From Rebecca billardiae RCC1528 (taxonomy: Eukaryota; Protista; Haptophyta): DNA of 64,000 bases. How positions within the stretch are numbered: the stretch's first letter is position 1; each line of letters begins with the position of its first letter. The DNA is taken from positions 1,302,001 to 1,366,000 of the forward strand of contig OZ251228.1 in the NCBI GenBank assembly GCA_965240325.2, in the 5' to 3' direction. The notes under the pieces are model-generated. The model searched no databases. It was not told where the DNA came from and worked only from the letters and a program-made list of their open reading frames with translations. Of the stretch, positions 1-11,032 are shown one piece after another. Position numbers and translations under genes: made by a program.

Positions 1-1348
1 ACGTCGCTCACCGCAGGAAATTCGGTACGCGACGAGAGCACGGCGCACGCGCACGGCGCGGCGTGGGAGGCGGGGCGGTGGTGTCCTCGAGCCATCCCGC
101 CCACGCCGCGGTGCGCCAGCCGCCACCTCGCCGCGCCGTGGCCCATGCCGCGCGGCAGGTGTCGACCAGACCGACCTTGCCGCCCAAAAGAGGGCCGCAC
201 CGGAAATTCTGTATTTGTTGAATACGGACTTACCCATGTGCCCGCGATGCGGCGGCGCCCGTGGCAGCGGCCTGGCGCGGCGGCGGCGGCGCGGGCAGCC
301 TGACGGGCCAGATAGGGCGCGCCAGGTCGGGGCGATCGTGATGGGATGGTTCCATACGCATCAGTGCGTGCTCCTGTGCATCTCAAGAGCGCGCTGGGCG
401 CCCTCTCTCGCGCCTATGCCCATCCCACGCGGTCTGAGAAGCCTCCCGGTTTGGCCATTGTCGTGCCGTGCTCGGTCGTGGCTGCCCGGCGGGTCGGAGA
501 GGTCGAGGCGAGCCGGGTCGTTCACGACGGACGATGCCTATGGGTCATGGCGAGTGCCAGCACGCAGCTCGGGCGCGCGCCCGGCGCCTCCTCGCCGCGC
601 TACATCCACACCAAGATCTGGCCCCAAAACGACAGGCTTCAAGAGCGAAACTCAGTCTGGGAGCTCCTCAGGCCGCTGTGTGCGGTTTGAAGGCGTACAA
701 ACTTGTGGAGCGGGTGCCCACATGGGTTGAGCACAATGCGACGTTGCGTTTTTCCGCGAAACACCACTTCATCGCCTCTCCGCGCGCGTGCCGCGCGGCT
801 CCCGTGAACTCATCTTAACAGGTCACGTGTGGCCGCCCGTGGGGCGAGGGTGGGCGAGGAGGGGCGGGCGAGGGTGACGCCGCCCCGGGGAACCGCCTTG
901 GCAAGCCGGCCGACGCCTCGCAGCCCCCCTCGCGACAGTCATGCGCGCACGCCCGCCGCTCGGAGCGCGCCATCGATTCGAATCGGCGTGCGCACGACCG
1001 ACCATGCCCAAACGGCTTCCGGCCCGATCTTTCTCCACTGTGGCGGCGCGAAGTGCCGCGAACGGGGCATGAAAAAAATTCCAGCGCATCCCCACTGGGC
1101 GGAAGTGCGGACGGGTTACGGTAACGCCGAAAATCGATTTCTTTACTGTGAATAATCTAAAGAGGATGCGCGTGCACGATTTTGGGTTTTTTGGTAGGTG
1201 GATTAATTTAGGTGTGAAGAGCGCATTTGAGAGGATATCGCTGCCAATGCTTGCGTTTGTACTGCCCCTTAATTTTTGGATAGTAAGTATGAGAAGAAAT
1301 CGAAATCAAATATAGGACAAAGGCGTCTGATGCACCTTATTTCTGATA

Positions 1349-1868
1349 CAGGCAATCGCGGGCAATAAGAAGTCAGAGATCTCACGGCTAGCCTCGGTTT
1401 CTTAGCCGTTCGGTAGCCCGAGCGCCTACGGAGTCTCAGTTTCTTAGCTAGGTCCGCCCGCCGCGCAGGCGCGGGGGGCGCAGGGGGGCAGAGCCCCCCG
1501 CTGAGTCTTCATAGGCCCGGCCGGCGAGGCCGACAGAAAATTTTGGGCCTTTTTGGAGCAAATCTGGCGCGCATGATGTTGCATGGATGCTGCGGTGCAC
1601 TGGCCAGGAGTCAGTCATCAGGAGAAGTCGGGACTTGGCCTGTAGTACTGTACTCGTAGTCGGGCCGCGCGCCGCGTCCCCGACGGGCCGACTGCGCCTC
1701 GCCCCTCGGCGGACCACTCGTCAGCCGGGACGACGTAGTCCCGGTTTCTTAGTGTGACTATGCGTATGGCGAACCAGCCAATCGCTAGCCTCAGTTTCTA
1801 GGCCAGATCCGCAGATAGCAAGCCCCAGTTTCTTAACGTGACAGCTCCTTATTGCCCGCGATTGCCTG
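1349..1868. mobile_element. MITE, Tc1/mariner-like (TA target duplication), copy 1
   Basis: Perfect 21-bp terminal inverted repeats CAGGCAATCGCGGGCAATAAG / CTTATTGCCCGCGATTGCCTG, with TA on both flanks (1347-1348, 1869-1870). No ORF. An internal GTTTCTTAG-like motif is repeated. A diverged inverted copy lies at 32555-33153. Confidence 0.9.
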
Positions 1869-2214
1869 TATGGTGGGCCGTAGTTCGTGATTCTCCTGCT
1901 AGTGCTGATATACTTTGGTTCACTGATTCGAAGTCAATGCGGGTGGCAATCCAATTCTTGTATTTCAGACGATGAACAACACAGCCTGAAGAATAATATC
2001 GAGTGAATCGACGAACATTCTCGCTCTCCGGACCGTCGGCGTCTGACTGAATCTGGGACAGCTTGATATGCATATGAGCATTTGTTGATGAGTTCTCAAT
2101 ATTCACTCATCAACGAATGATGGCCGGGACTTGAAAATCTAATGATGAGCATAAAAATTTCTACTACCGCTTCACGTACGATGATGACGCTTGATTCCCC
2201 GGCCATTGATTAAT

Positions 2215-2238
2215 AGAGAGAGAGAGAGAGAGAGAGAG
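2215..2238. repeat. (AG)12 microsatellite
   Basis: Directly visible. Confidence 0.95.
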
Positions 2239-2458
2239 TTGTCTGGGGACCTCCGCGCTCAATGCAGGCGGCGGTTGGGCCATAGTATGACATACAGCAG
2301 CTTTCAAAGCTGCTGAGCTAAGTTCCGAGTATTTTTCACGAAAATGTTCTATTCAGTGAATAGGAGAATTCATTCAGCAAGCTCACAAGCTGCCGCGGCC
2401 CGCGGTCCGCCCGAAGCCAGCGAGCCGCGAGGGGCCTTGAAGGGCTGGCGACGACTAC

Positions 2459-4220
2459 TTACTGCTGTGCGCCGGCGGCTCTCCCCACCTCCTGGCCGAA
2501 CCGATCGAGTGCGTCAGTCGTCGGCTCGCCCTGCTTTGCGCGCTGGCGCTCGAGAGCGCGCTTGGACAGCGCCTGCCTCACGCGCTCGCGCCGCTCGTCG
2601 TTGATATTGGCGCTCTTGCGCGCGAGCTTCTTCGCGGACTTGGAGCGGCCGCGCGTCTTCTTGCGCTCCTTGCGGTTGGCCTTGCGCGCCGCTTCGGCAG
2701 CGTCCTTCGCCGCCTTGATCTCCGCCTGGCGCTCGGCCGGCGAGCGGTCGACGGTTCCGACTGTGGACGCGTCGACGGCGATGGTGTCAGGCGCGAGCTT
2801 CTCCAGCAGGGCCGTCACCTCGGCCTCACGCCTGCACGCGCGCACAGGGGCGTGGGCGCGGTCGGCGGTACACGCGTGAGACGGCTGCGCCGCGCCGCGG
2901 ATCGGCCCGGCTGGCGTGTGCTCGAGCTGTGCGCCGCCACACGCGTGTGTCGCGCGCAACGCGAGCCGCTCGCCTCCTCCGCGGCGCGCGCGCGTCGCAC
3001 CTCTGCTTCTTGCTCGCGTACGGGTTCGCTTCGAAGGCATCGATGGCCGCCTCGCCCGCGCCCGGCACGAGCAGCGAGGCAAAGCCGAGGGCGTGGCCGA
3101 CGCCGAGCACGTCCTCGTGCGGGCAGAAGCCGAGCGTGGCGACGTCCGAGCCGGGGAGCAGGTGCGACATGTACGGCGCGCGCGCCTTGCTCTGCAGCGC
3201 ATCTCGCCAGATCTCGACGTGAGGGCCGTGACCGACAGCGAGGAGCCCGCGCGCCGACGTGGCGAGCGCATGCGCCGGCCGCACCGAGTGGTACGTGTGC
3301 AGCTCGCGGTACGTGCGCAGGTCCCACACCTTGATGCGCCCGTCGAGCGCGGCGGTGACCATGTGCCGCCCCGAGGGCTCCACCGCCAGCGCGCTCAGCG
3401 GCGACGAGTGGCACAGCATGCGCACGTGCGGCGTCGGCAGATTGGGCGACCAGAGCGTGACCACGCCGCTGCCATGGCCGAGGTGCACGATCGCGTTGGC
3501 CGGGTTGTGCGTCATCACCGAGCATGCGCCGAGCTTGGTGGGGTGCTCCGCGATCTGCGTACCTGTCGACACGTCCACGTACCGCAGGTGCCCCGTCTCG
3601 CCCACGGTGCACAGCAGCCAATGGTACGGCAGGTACGCGAGCCGGTTGACGCGCGGCCGGTGCGTGCGAAGGCAGTGCAGCTCGATGCCTGACGAGTCGT
3701 AGATGAAGAGGTCCTTCTTCTGCGCGACGGCGAACATGGCGTGGGAGTTGAGGAAGCACACGTCGCGGATCGTCTCGCCGAGCTGCACCTCGCACATGAT
3801 CTTCGAGCGCTGCCACTCGATCAGGGAGAGGTGGCCCTTCCGACCGCCCAGCAGCAAGAACGCACCGTCGCGCGTGTACGCGCTGCGGTACGGGCCGAGC
3901 TTGTCGAGGCGCAGGTCGAAGGCCTTGCGCGCGGATTGGACGTCCACGGCCGCCGCGATCTGCTCCTGGCGGAAGTGGTACGTGCGCTCGAGCGGCCCCT
4001 CCGCCTCAAGGTAGCCCACATCGGTCGTGAGCAGCAGCTCGGTGCGCGCGGCAGCGTCCGCCGCGGCGCGCACCTTCTTCTCCGAGCTCTTGAGCTTCCC
4101 CTTGAGCTTCAAATCGCTAACCGCCTTGAGATCGCGCCGCGTGATCCCCGGGCCGCGCTCATAGGCCTCGGACGCCTTGAGCCGCTTCGGTCGTGCAGGA
4201 CGTGGAGCGGCCGTCGCCAT
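2459..4220 (-). CDS. WDR46: WD40 small-subunit processome protein WDR46/Utp7 (BING4); 2 exons, intron 2832-3000
   Basis: Family-typical stretches: FDLRLDKLGPYR..YTRDG..LLLGGRKGH, FAVAQKK, HLGHGSGVVTLWSPN, FCPHEDVLGVGH and EANPY. Splicing GT(3000)..AG(2832) restores the C-terminal KQRREAEV..LLEKL motif. Confidence 0.93.
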
Positions 4221-4366
4221 GGCTCGCCCACGAACCAGCAGCCCCGGGCCCAGAAGCGCGCGTGGATGCGATCCGGGCGACGTGCCGGCCAACCTGCAAG
4301 CAAGTTGCTGCAACGGCACCCGCCGCCTTCTCTCGCTGGAGCGTCGGCGACGACGGCTGGGCGGCC

Positions 4367-6013
4367 ATGGCGTACGCCCTGCCGCCCGCTGTCGAACTGA
4401 CCGACCTGGACGACGAGACCAAGGCCGGCGACGAAGGCTTTGCCCTCTCACCCAAGCCGCGCGCGTGGTACATGCGCGCAGCGCTCGGCGGCGTGCTCAT
4501 TCTTGCCTGCGCATGCGTGGCCACGTGGCTCACGGTTGGGCGACCGCCACGCACGGGCGCGCTGGCGGCAACAGGCCCCGACGCGTCGATCACTTGCGAG
4601 CTTGGGCCGGACGCCCCAGCGATGGGCTTTGCGGCGCCGTTCTTCGAAGAGAATGCGGCCGCCTTCTCCCGCCACTTCTTCAGGAGAGGGGCCCGCGGCC
4701 AGGCTAACGGTGCCTCCGTCATGCGTGACGTGTATGCTGCACGGCAGCGCGCGCTGTGCGAGCGGCTGCGAACAAACGCGAGCGCGGCGACGCTCCTCCG
4801 CGAAGCGGCTTCACTCGGACTCGTCGTCGGCCCCCTGGGCGTCGACCCTGGTCCCGTGCTCGTGGCGGAGCGGGCGGCCGCGCTGGCGCGGACGGCTGGC
4901 AGCAGGCACGACGGGTTCGGGGCGGTGGCGGGGGCGATCGCGGATCTACCCGTGCTCCGCGCGGTGCGCGAGGCCCTGTTCCACGACGTGGACTGGGAGC
5001 AAGCCGTGCTCGACGCCGACGCGCACGTGCCCATGCTCGGGTACATCCACGGCCGCGACGTCTTCAAGATCCCGCGGCCGGCGCTCGCCCGGCGCTTCTG
5101 GGCGCTCGATGTGCCGGCGGCGCACCCTCCGCCGGTGGCGCTCAGCGCGGCGCTCGGGTCGGGGGCGGCGTCGCGAGGGGCGCGCGCGCTGTACGAGCCG
5201 CTCTCGCGCGACGGCTTTGCGCTTGTCGAGCGCTGGCGCGGGCTCGACGTCGAGGCGCTCACGGCAGCCGGGATGGCGGCGCTGGACGCGACGGCCGCGG
5301 AGCCGAGCGCTGGGCCCGTCGTGCGAGCGCACTCGGCGGAGCTCGAGGCGCTGCTGCGCCCGGTGCTCTCGGACGAGGGGCTGGTGCGCGCCGTGCGCGC
5401 GTACCTGAGCCCGACCCTCGAGCTGGCTGCGCGCGCCGACGGCCCTGCGCGCGCAGATCCGCGCGCGGCACCAGCTACGAACGCGAGCGCGGCTGGCGGC
5501 GGCGGCGGCGCGTGCGCGCTTGGGTATGTCGCCCTACGCCTGACCGACCGGCTAGACAACGTGCGGCGGTACATCTCGTCAATGTGGCACCACGACCGGG
5601 CGGGGCGGCGGCTCAAGCTGTTCATCTTCCTCAACGACGTCGACGCGGTCGAGGGCCGCCCCACCGTCGTCGCGCGCGGCACGCACACCAGCGTGTGGTA
5701 CTCCGCGGTGACGATGCTGGACAGTCGTTTCGAGGATCGCTGGGTGCGCGCCCGCCACGAGGCCGTGCCGATGGCGGGCAAGCGCGGCGGCGGCTTCCTC
5801 TTCGACACGAACGCGCTGCACAAGGGCACCCTGACCGGGGCGAACGCACGCAGCGTGATCATCGTCGAGATCGACCGCCCCGACCGATGCGAGGCGCTCA
5901 CCCGGCCCGCCGAGCCATCGGGCCCGGCGTTCGTGACGCCGTGTCCGTCCGCACCGCTCTACCCAGTTGAGGGCACGCCGCTCTCGTGCGACCGGGCTCC
6001 GCGCGCGCGCTGA
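4367..6013 (+). CDS. Membrane-anchored phytanoyl-CoA dioxygenase (PhyH)-like 2OG-Fe(II) oxygenase, copy 1
   Basis: WHHD..LKLFIFLNDVD..RGTH..G.RGGGFLFDTNALHKG..R gives an HxD..H facial triad. N-terminal TM helix. The ATG was chosen by alignment with copy 2. Confidence 0.75.
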   Translation: MAYALPPAVELTDLDDETKAGDEGFALSPKPRAWYMRAALGGVLILACACVATWLTVGRPPRTGALAATGPDASITCELGPDAPAMGFAAPFFEENAAAFSRHFFRRGARGQANGASVMRDVYAARQRALCERLRTNASAATLLREAASLGLVVGPLGVDPGPVLVAERAAALARTAGSRHDGFGAVAGAIADLPVLRAVREALFHDVDWEQAVLDADAHVPMLGYIHGRDVFKIPRPALARRFWALDVPAAHPPPVALSAALGSGAASRGARALYEPLSRDGFALVERWRGLDVEALTAAGMAALDATAAEPSAGPVVRAHSAELEALLRPVLSDEGLVRAVRAYLSPTLELAARADGPARADPRAAPATNASAAGGGGGACALGYVALRLTDRLDNVRRYISSMWHHDRAGRRLKLFIFLNDVDAVEGRPTVVARGTHTSVWYSAVTMLDSRFEDRWVRARHEAVPMAGKRGGGFLFDTNALHKGTLTGANARSVIIVEIDRPDRCEALTRPAEPSGPAFVTPCPSAPLYPVEGTPLSCDRAPRAR

Positions 6014-6362
6014 CTGAGGTGGGCCGTGCGGGCGACCACTCGGCGAGGCGAGCGGACCGCGGCCAACAGTGTGTGGCGGGTGTGTTAACTGTGTATGATG
6101 CCTGCTATGAAGCTGTCGAACGAACGGTGTCGCCCTGTCAAGAAGCAGACGACTCGTCACACCTTCTCTCGTATAACGACTAGTAGTTATAGCAGCAGTC
6201 GTAATTTGCGTATAACTATATACGACACCGCTTGGGCGGTGTCACGCGGCGGGCGCGGCCCGCCGCGGGTTATGCGCGCAGGCAAACATATTTACACGCG
6301 TGACGCGGGCCACCGCCGACTAATCAGATATAAGTAGTAGTGCTATACGGTATAGCTAGAAA

Positions 6363-6431
6363 CCGCCACAAAACAGACCGGCGCAGGCAGGCGTGGGGCG
6401 CGTTGCCGCACCTCATCGAGGCGGCCATTGC
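6363..6431. repeat. Dispersed repeat family R1, partial copy
   Basis: CAGACCGGCGCAGGCAGG..GTTGCCGCACCTCATCGAGGCGGCCATTGC is shared with 6620-6769 and 55325-55465. Confidence 0.85.
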
Positions 6432-6619
6432 GGCAAGAACGTTCGTACCGTATGCATAATACGATCCTCAATATTAATGACTCATCAATTCACACCGGTC
6501 GATATTGTAGGGCGGGGCGGAAGGGCTGCTCACCACCAGTCCTGCGGACGGACCACTGAGTTTTGTTCCCGGGAAATGCACAGCCGCCCGCGTCCACAGG
6601 CTACACTTAAATAAAGTTT

Positions 6620-6769
6620 ACTATGTTTTGAAATTATAACGTGCGCACACTTGGTTATCAGGCGTGATTGACGCCATCCAACATTGCACAAAGCTTGACG
6701 CCGCCACCGAACAGACCGGCGCAGGCAGGTGAGGGGCGCGTTGCCGCACCTCATCGAGGCGGCCATTGC
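6620..6769. repeat. Dispersed repeat family R1
   Basis: About 140 bp matching 55325-55465 (AGGCGTGATTGACGCCATCCAACA..GAGGCGGCCATTGC). Confidence 0.85.
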
Positions 6770-7217
6770 AGCAAGTGGCCCGGCCCCGCGCTCGGACTCG
6801 GAGGCACGCGCTCGAGAGCGCATGGCTCTGCCACCAACGCCGACTTCGTGTCGACGATCGGGCACTGCCGCCGACGAATCTGGAGACCTGCGTCGTCCTA
6901 CCTGCCGGTGCGGTCGTTAAATCATATCTAAAATGAGCTCAGGGGTCAGTACTACTACATAATGATAAATTCCCCTTTATGACGGGCTCCGGGTGATCAG
7001 ACTGGCGGCCGAAGCCTCCACTCTCCAGCCCTACCCTGGCCAGCCCCCAACCAACCACCACCCTCACCCAACCTCAAACCACTGACCCAGACACCTAGTG
7101 CCTTGACACCCAGGGGCGTTCCCCGCGCGGGCCATGCGCCAATAAAAACTCACGCGCGAAAACAAAGCGCGGAAAATGAAAACGCGCTTGGCGCCGAAGG
7201 CGCGCTGGCGTCGATGG

Positions 7218-8119
7218 GCGCTTGGCGCGCGCGCGGCGCGGCGCGCTGCGGCCGTCGAGTTGCCATGCGAAGGCGGCGCGTTGCGTGCGTGGCATCGGAA
7301 CGCTGCCGTGCTCCGCACTGCGCCCCGCAGCTCGCTCCTCGTCGACTTTGCTGCGCCTACGATCAGCGCGCACGCGAGCGTCGCCTCAGAATGAGCAGCC
7401 CGCGCCGGCCTCAGCCGTGAGCACCCGCCTGGCGCGCGATGCGATCAACTCGGGGCACGAGCTGTGGCTGAGCGAGGAAACATGTGCCTGCGCGCAAGCC
7501 GCGCCGCCTTGAGACATCGATCGTGCGCGTTGATGCAGCTTCAGACGGCTGTCGACGAATGCCCATCAGCCTGCACGAGCCTTGCATGCAGTGGAGATGA
7601 AACAACAGACCGTGAGCGCCCTGAAGCGATGAATAGGAGTCTTCGGGTTGCGTGTGCGCACAGCAACTCGTGTACATCTATGCATCGCATGCGCGCGTGG
7701 CTGCCATCATGCCTTGCTTAAGTAGTTGCTCTGATAAGGAGTCCTTTCAAGGACACCGCGACAATGCGCAAGGGCAAGAAGAATAGTTGCGTGCAAGGTG
7801 CGTGCCCTGCTCACGATCGGTGTCTCAAGGCGGCGCGGCTTGCGCGCAGGCACATGCTTCCTCGCCCAGCCGCAGCTCGTGCCCCGAGTTGATCGCATCG
7901 CGCGCCAGGCGGGCGCTCACGGCTGAGGCCGGCGCGGGCTGCTCATTCCGAGGCGACGCTGGCGTGCGCGCTGATCGTAGGCGCAGCAAAGTCGACGAGG
8001 AGCGAGCTGCGGGGCGCAGTGCGGAGCACGGCAGCGTTCAGATGCCACGCACGCAACGCGCCGCCTTCGCATGGCAACTCGACGGCCGCAGCGCGCCGCG
8101 CCGCGCGCGCGCCAAGCGC
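7218..8119. repeat. Long inverted repeat (foldback): arms 7218-7528 and 7809-8119, spacer about 280 bp
   Basis: The two ~310-bp arms are near-perfect reverse complements. The ORF track shows the same peptides on opposite strands. Confidence 0.93.
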
Positions 8120-8297
8120 TGGTGCGCCGCAGTCCGGGTTGGCGGCCGCCACTGCCGCAGCGCCAGTCCGGAAGGCAAAGCCCCCGCAGCGGGGGCTTTG
8201 CTTTTCAGGAGCGTGTGGCAGGATCCCGGGAACGCCCTTGCTCCACTGTGGACAGCCCGCCTCCAGAGGGGGCGAGGGTACGCCAATGCCAACAGCA

Positions 8298-9161
8298 CAG
8301 GGGTCTCAACAATTAGCTGTTTCTCTGTTTGTGCCACCTTACAGGCATGTGAGCACTTGATTGCCTGGCTAGATGTGGTCTAGCACAGCCCACTCCCTGG
8401 CCATTCTGACGAGTGGGTGGCTGCTTGGCCAGCTCTCCATGCTGGGCTGTGGTGCCATCCAGAGTGCGCATGTGCAGCAGGGCTCCCAGGTGGGTGCAGC
8501 GAGGGGTGCGGCAGGCAGCAGTGGGTGGTCAGCTTGAAAATCCATGCAGGCCAGCCACCAGCAGCTAGGCTGCAGAGCTCTTAGCTGCACCAGCCCCACT
8601 CCAGCCCCCTCAAGTCGGGTGGCTGGCCACCCTCTGGGTGTGTCAGCGGGTGCTGCTGCTGGCCTCCCAGTTAGGGGAGCTGACCCGACAGGTCCTTGCG
8701 CAGGTGGGGGTGCGGGATTGGGCACTGTGCCACAGCAGCTGCATCCCGCATGAGCTCCCCCCCAGGTGGCATGCAGCCCTCCCTAGGGGGTACCAGATCC
8801 ACTGCCAAGCACAATTTAGGCCTGGTCTGTGTGGGCACACGGCCCGCGACCAGTGACGGATCCACTGCCAAGCACAATATAAATTTAGGCCTGGTCTGTG
8901 TGGGCACACGGCCCGCGACCAGTGACGACAAGCCTGCGGCAGGATGAGTAGGATCTGGCCAGCTGCGACAGGCTGTACGCCTGCAGCCGTGTGACCTGCT
9001 GGTGTGCCCAACTCCAGCCCACGCGCGCTGGGGCTGACGCGCTGGGTCGAAACCGTCGTGCACGGGCCGTGGGGGCCGCCTGGATCAGCCCAGAGGGGCA
9101 GGGTGAGCAGTGCTGGCGTGCAGCTCAGTCAGAATGTGACGTTTAATTGTTGAGACCCCTG
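8298..9161. mobile_element. Non-autonomous TIR DNA transposon (864 bp)
   Basis: Perfect 18-bp TIR CAGGGGTCTCAACAATTA / TAATTGTTGAGACCCCTG. Right flank is TA, left flank is CA. Internal 63-bp tandem duplication at 8796-8927. The interior is CpG-poor. Confidence 0.85.
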
Positions 9162-9370
9162 TATACAAGCCCAACACTGTGGGGTGGTCCCAGGTACAAG
9201 CAGTGCACTGCCTTGCAATATTCGAGATCATCGAGTGTGAGCCGAGTCTACATGCTACGGCCCTTTGCCACTCTTGAGTAGCCGGTCGTAGACCCTTCTG
9301 CCGCACCAACGTTCCCCGCGCACGCCGCATTCTCGCTTCATCAGCATCGGCGACAACAGGCTGGGCGGCC

Positions 9371-11032
9371 ATGGCGTACGCCCTGCCGCCCGCTGTCGAA
9401 CTGACCGACCTGGACGACGAGACCAAGGCCGGCGACGAAGGCTTTGCCCTCTCGCCGAAGCCGCGCGCGTGGTACAAGCGTGCAGCGCTCGGCGCCGTGC
9501 TCATTCTTGCCTGCGCATGCGTGGCCACGTGGCTCGCGGTTGGGCGAACGACATGCTTGAAAGCGCTGGCGGCAACAGGCCCCGACGCGTCGATCACTTG
9601 CGAGCTTGGGTCGGACGCCCCAGCGATGGGCTTTGCGGCGCCGTTCTTCGAAGAGAATGCGGCCGCCTTCTCCCGCCACTTCTTCGGTCCCAGGGTGAGA
9701 GGGGCCCGCGGCCAGGCTAACGGTGCCTCCGTCATGCGTGACGTGTATGCTGCACGGCAGCGCGCGCTGTGCGAGCGGCTGCGAACAAACGAGAGCGCGG
9801 CGACGCTCCTCCGCGAAGCGGCCTCACTTGGACTCGTCGTCGGACCCCTGGGCATCGACCCTGGTCCCGTGCTCGTGGCGGAGCGGGCGGCCGCGCTGGC
9901 GCGGACGGCTGGCAGCAGGCACGACGGGTTCGGGGCGGTGGCGGGGGCGATCGCGGATCTACCCGTGCTCCGCGCGGTGCGCGAGGCCCTGTTCCACGAC
10001 GTGGACTGGGAGCAAGCCGTGCTCGACGCCGACGCGCACGTGCCCATGCTCGGGTACATCCACATCCACGGCCGCAACGCCTTCAAGATCCCGCGGCCGG
10101 CGCTCGCCTGGCGCTTCTGGGCGCTCGATGTGCCGGCGGCGCACCCTCCGCCGGTGGCGCTCAGCGCGGCGCTCGGGTCGGGGGCGGCGTCGCGGGGCGC
10201 GCGCGCTCTGTACGAGCCGCTCTCGCGCGACGGCTTTGCGCTTGTCGAGCGCTGGCGCGGGCTCGATGTCGAGGCGCTCACGGCAGCCGGGATGGCGGCG
10301 CTGGACGCGGCGGCCGCGGAGCCGAGCGCTGGGCCCGTCGTGCGAGCGCACTCGGCGGAGCTCGAGGCGCTGCTGCGCCCGGTGCTCTCGGACGAGGGGC
10401 TGGTGCGCGCGGTGCGCGCGTACCTGAGCCCGCCCCTCGAGCTGGCTGCGCGCGCCGACGGCCCTGCGCACGCAGATCCGCGCGCGGCACCAGCTACGAA
10501 CGCGAGCGCGGCTGGCGGCGGCGGCGGCGCGTGCGCGCTTGGGTATGTCGCCCTGCGCCTGACCGACCAGCTGGACAACGTGCGGCGGTACTTCTCGTCA
10601 ATGTGGCACCACGACCGGGCGGGGCGGCGGCTCAAGCTGTTCATCTTCCTCAACGACGTCGACGCGATCGAGGGCCGCCCCACCGTCGTCGCGCGCGGCA
10701 CGCACACCAGCGTGTGGTACTCCGCGGTGACGATGCTGGACAGTCGTTTCGAGGATCGCTGGGTGCGCGCCCGCCACGAGGCCGTGCCGATGGCGGGCAA
10801 GCGCGGCGGCGGCTTCCTCTTCGACACGAACGCGCTGCACAAGGGCACCCTGACCGGGGCGAACGCACGCAGCGTGATCATCGTTGAGATCGACCGCCCC
10901 GACCGATGCGAGGCGCTCACCCGGCCCGCCGAGCCATCGGGCCCGGCGTTCAAGACGCCTTGTCCGTCCGCGCCGCTCTACCCAGTTGAGGGCACGCCGC
11001 TCTCGTGCGACCGGGCTCCGCGCGCGCGCTGA
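9371..11032 (+). CDS. PhyH-like 2OG-Fe(II) oxygenase, copy 2 (recent tandem paralogue)
   Basis: Nearly identical to 4367-6013, with only in-frame indels. HxD..H triad intact. Confidence 0.75.
   Translation: MAYALPPAVELTDLDDETKAGDEGFALSPKPRAWYKRAALGAVLILACACVATWLAVGRTTCLKALAATGPDASITCELGSDAPAMGFAAPFFEENAAAFSRHFFGPRVRGARGQANGASVMRDVYAARQRALCERLRTNESAATLLREAASLGLVVGPLGIDPGPVLVAERAAALARTAGSRHDGFGAVAGAIADLPVLRAVREALFHDVDWEQAVLDADAHVPMLGYIHIHGRNAFKIPRPALAWRFWALDVPAAHPPPVALSAALGSGAASRGARALYEPLSRDGFALVERWRGLDVEALTAAGMAALDAAAAEPSAGPVVRAHSAELEALLRPVLSDEGLVRAVRAYLSPPLELAARADGPAHADPRAAPATNASAAGGGGGACALGYVALRLTDQLDNVRRYFSSMWHHDRAGRRLKLFIFLNDVDAIEGRPTVVARGTHTSVWYSAVTMLDSRFEDRWVRARHEAVPMAGKRGGGFLFDTNALHKGTLTGANARSVIIVEIDRPDRCEALTRPAEPSGPAFKTPCPSAPLYPVEGTPLSCDRAPRAR

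Noticed and set aside
1-1340. Gene or transposase remnant at the window start
   Set aside because: Only short ORFs without recognisable motifs. The region may belong to an element extending outside the window, but no termini could be identified.
2084-2114. Isolated 10-bp hairpins (also 45295-45322) as terminators or RNA genes
   Set aside because: Eukaryotic context, no second copy, and no tRNA or snRNA features.
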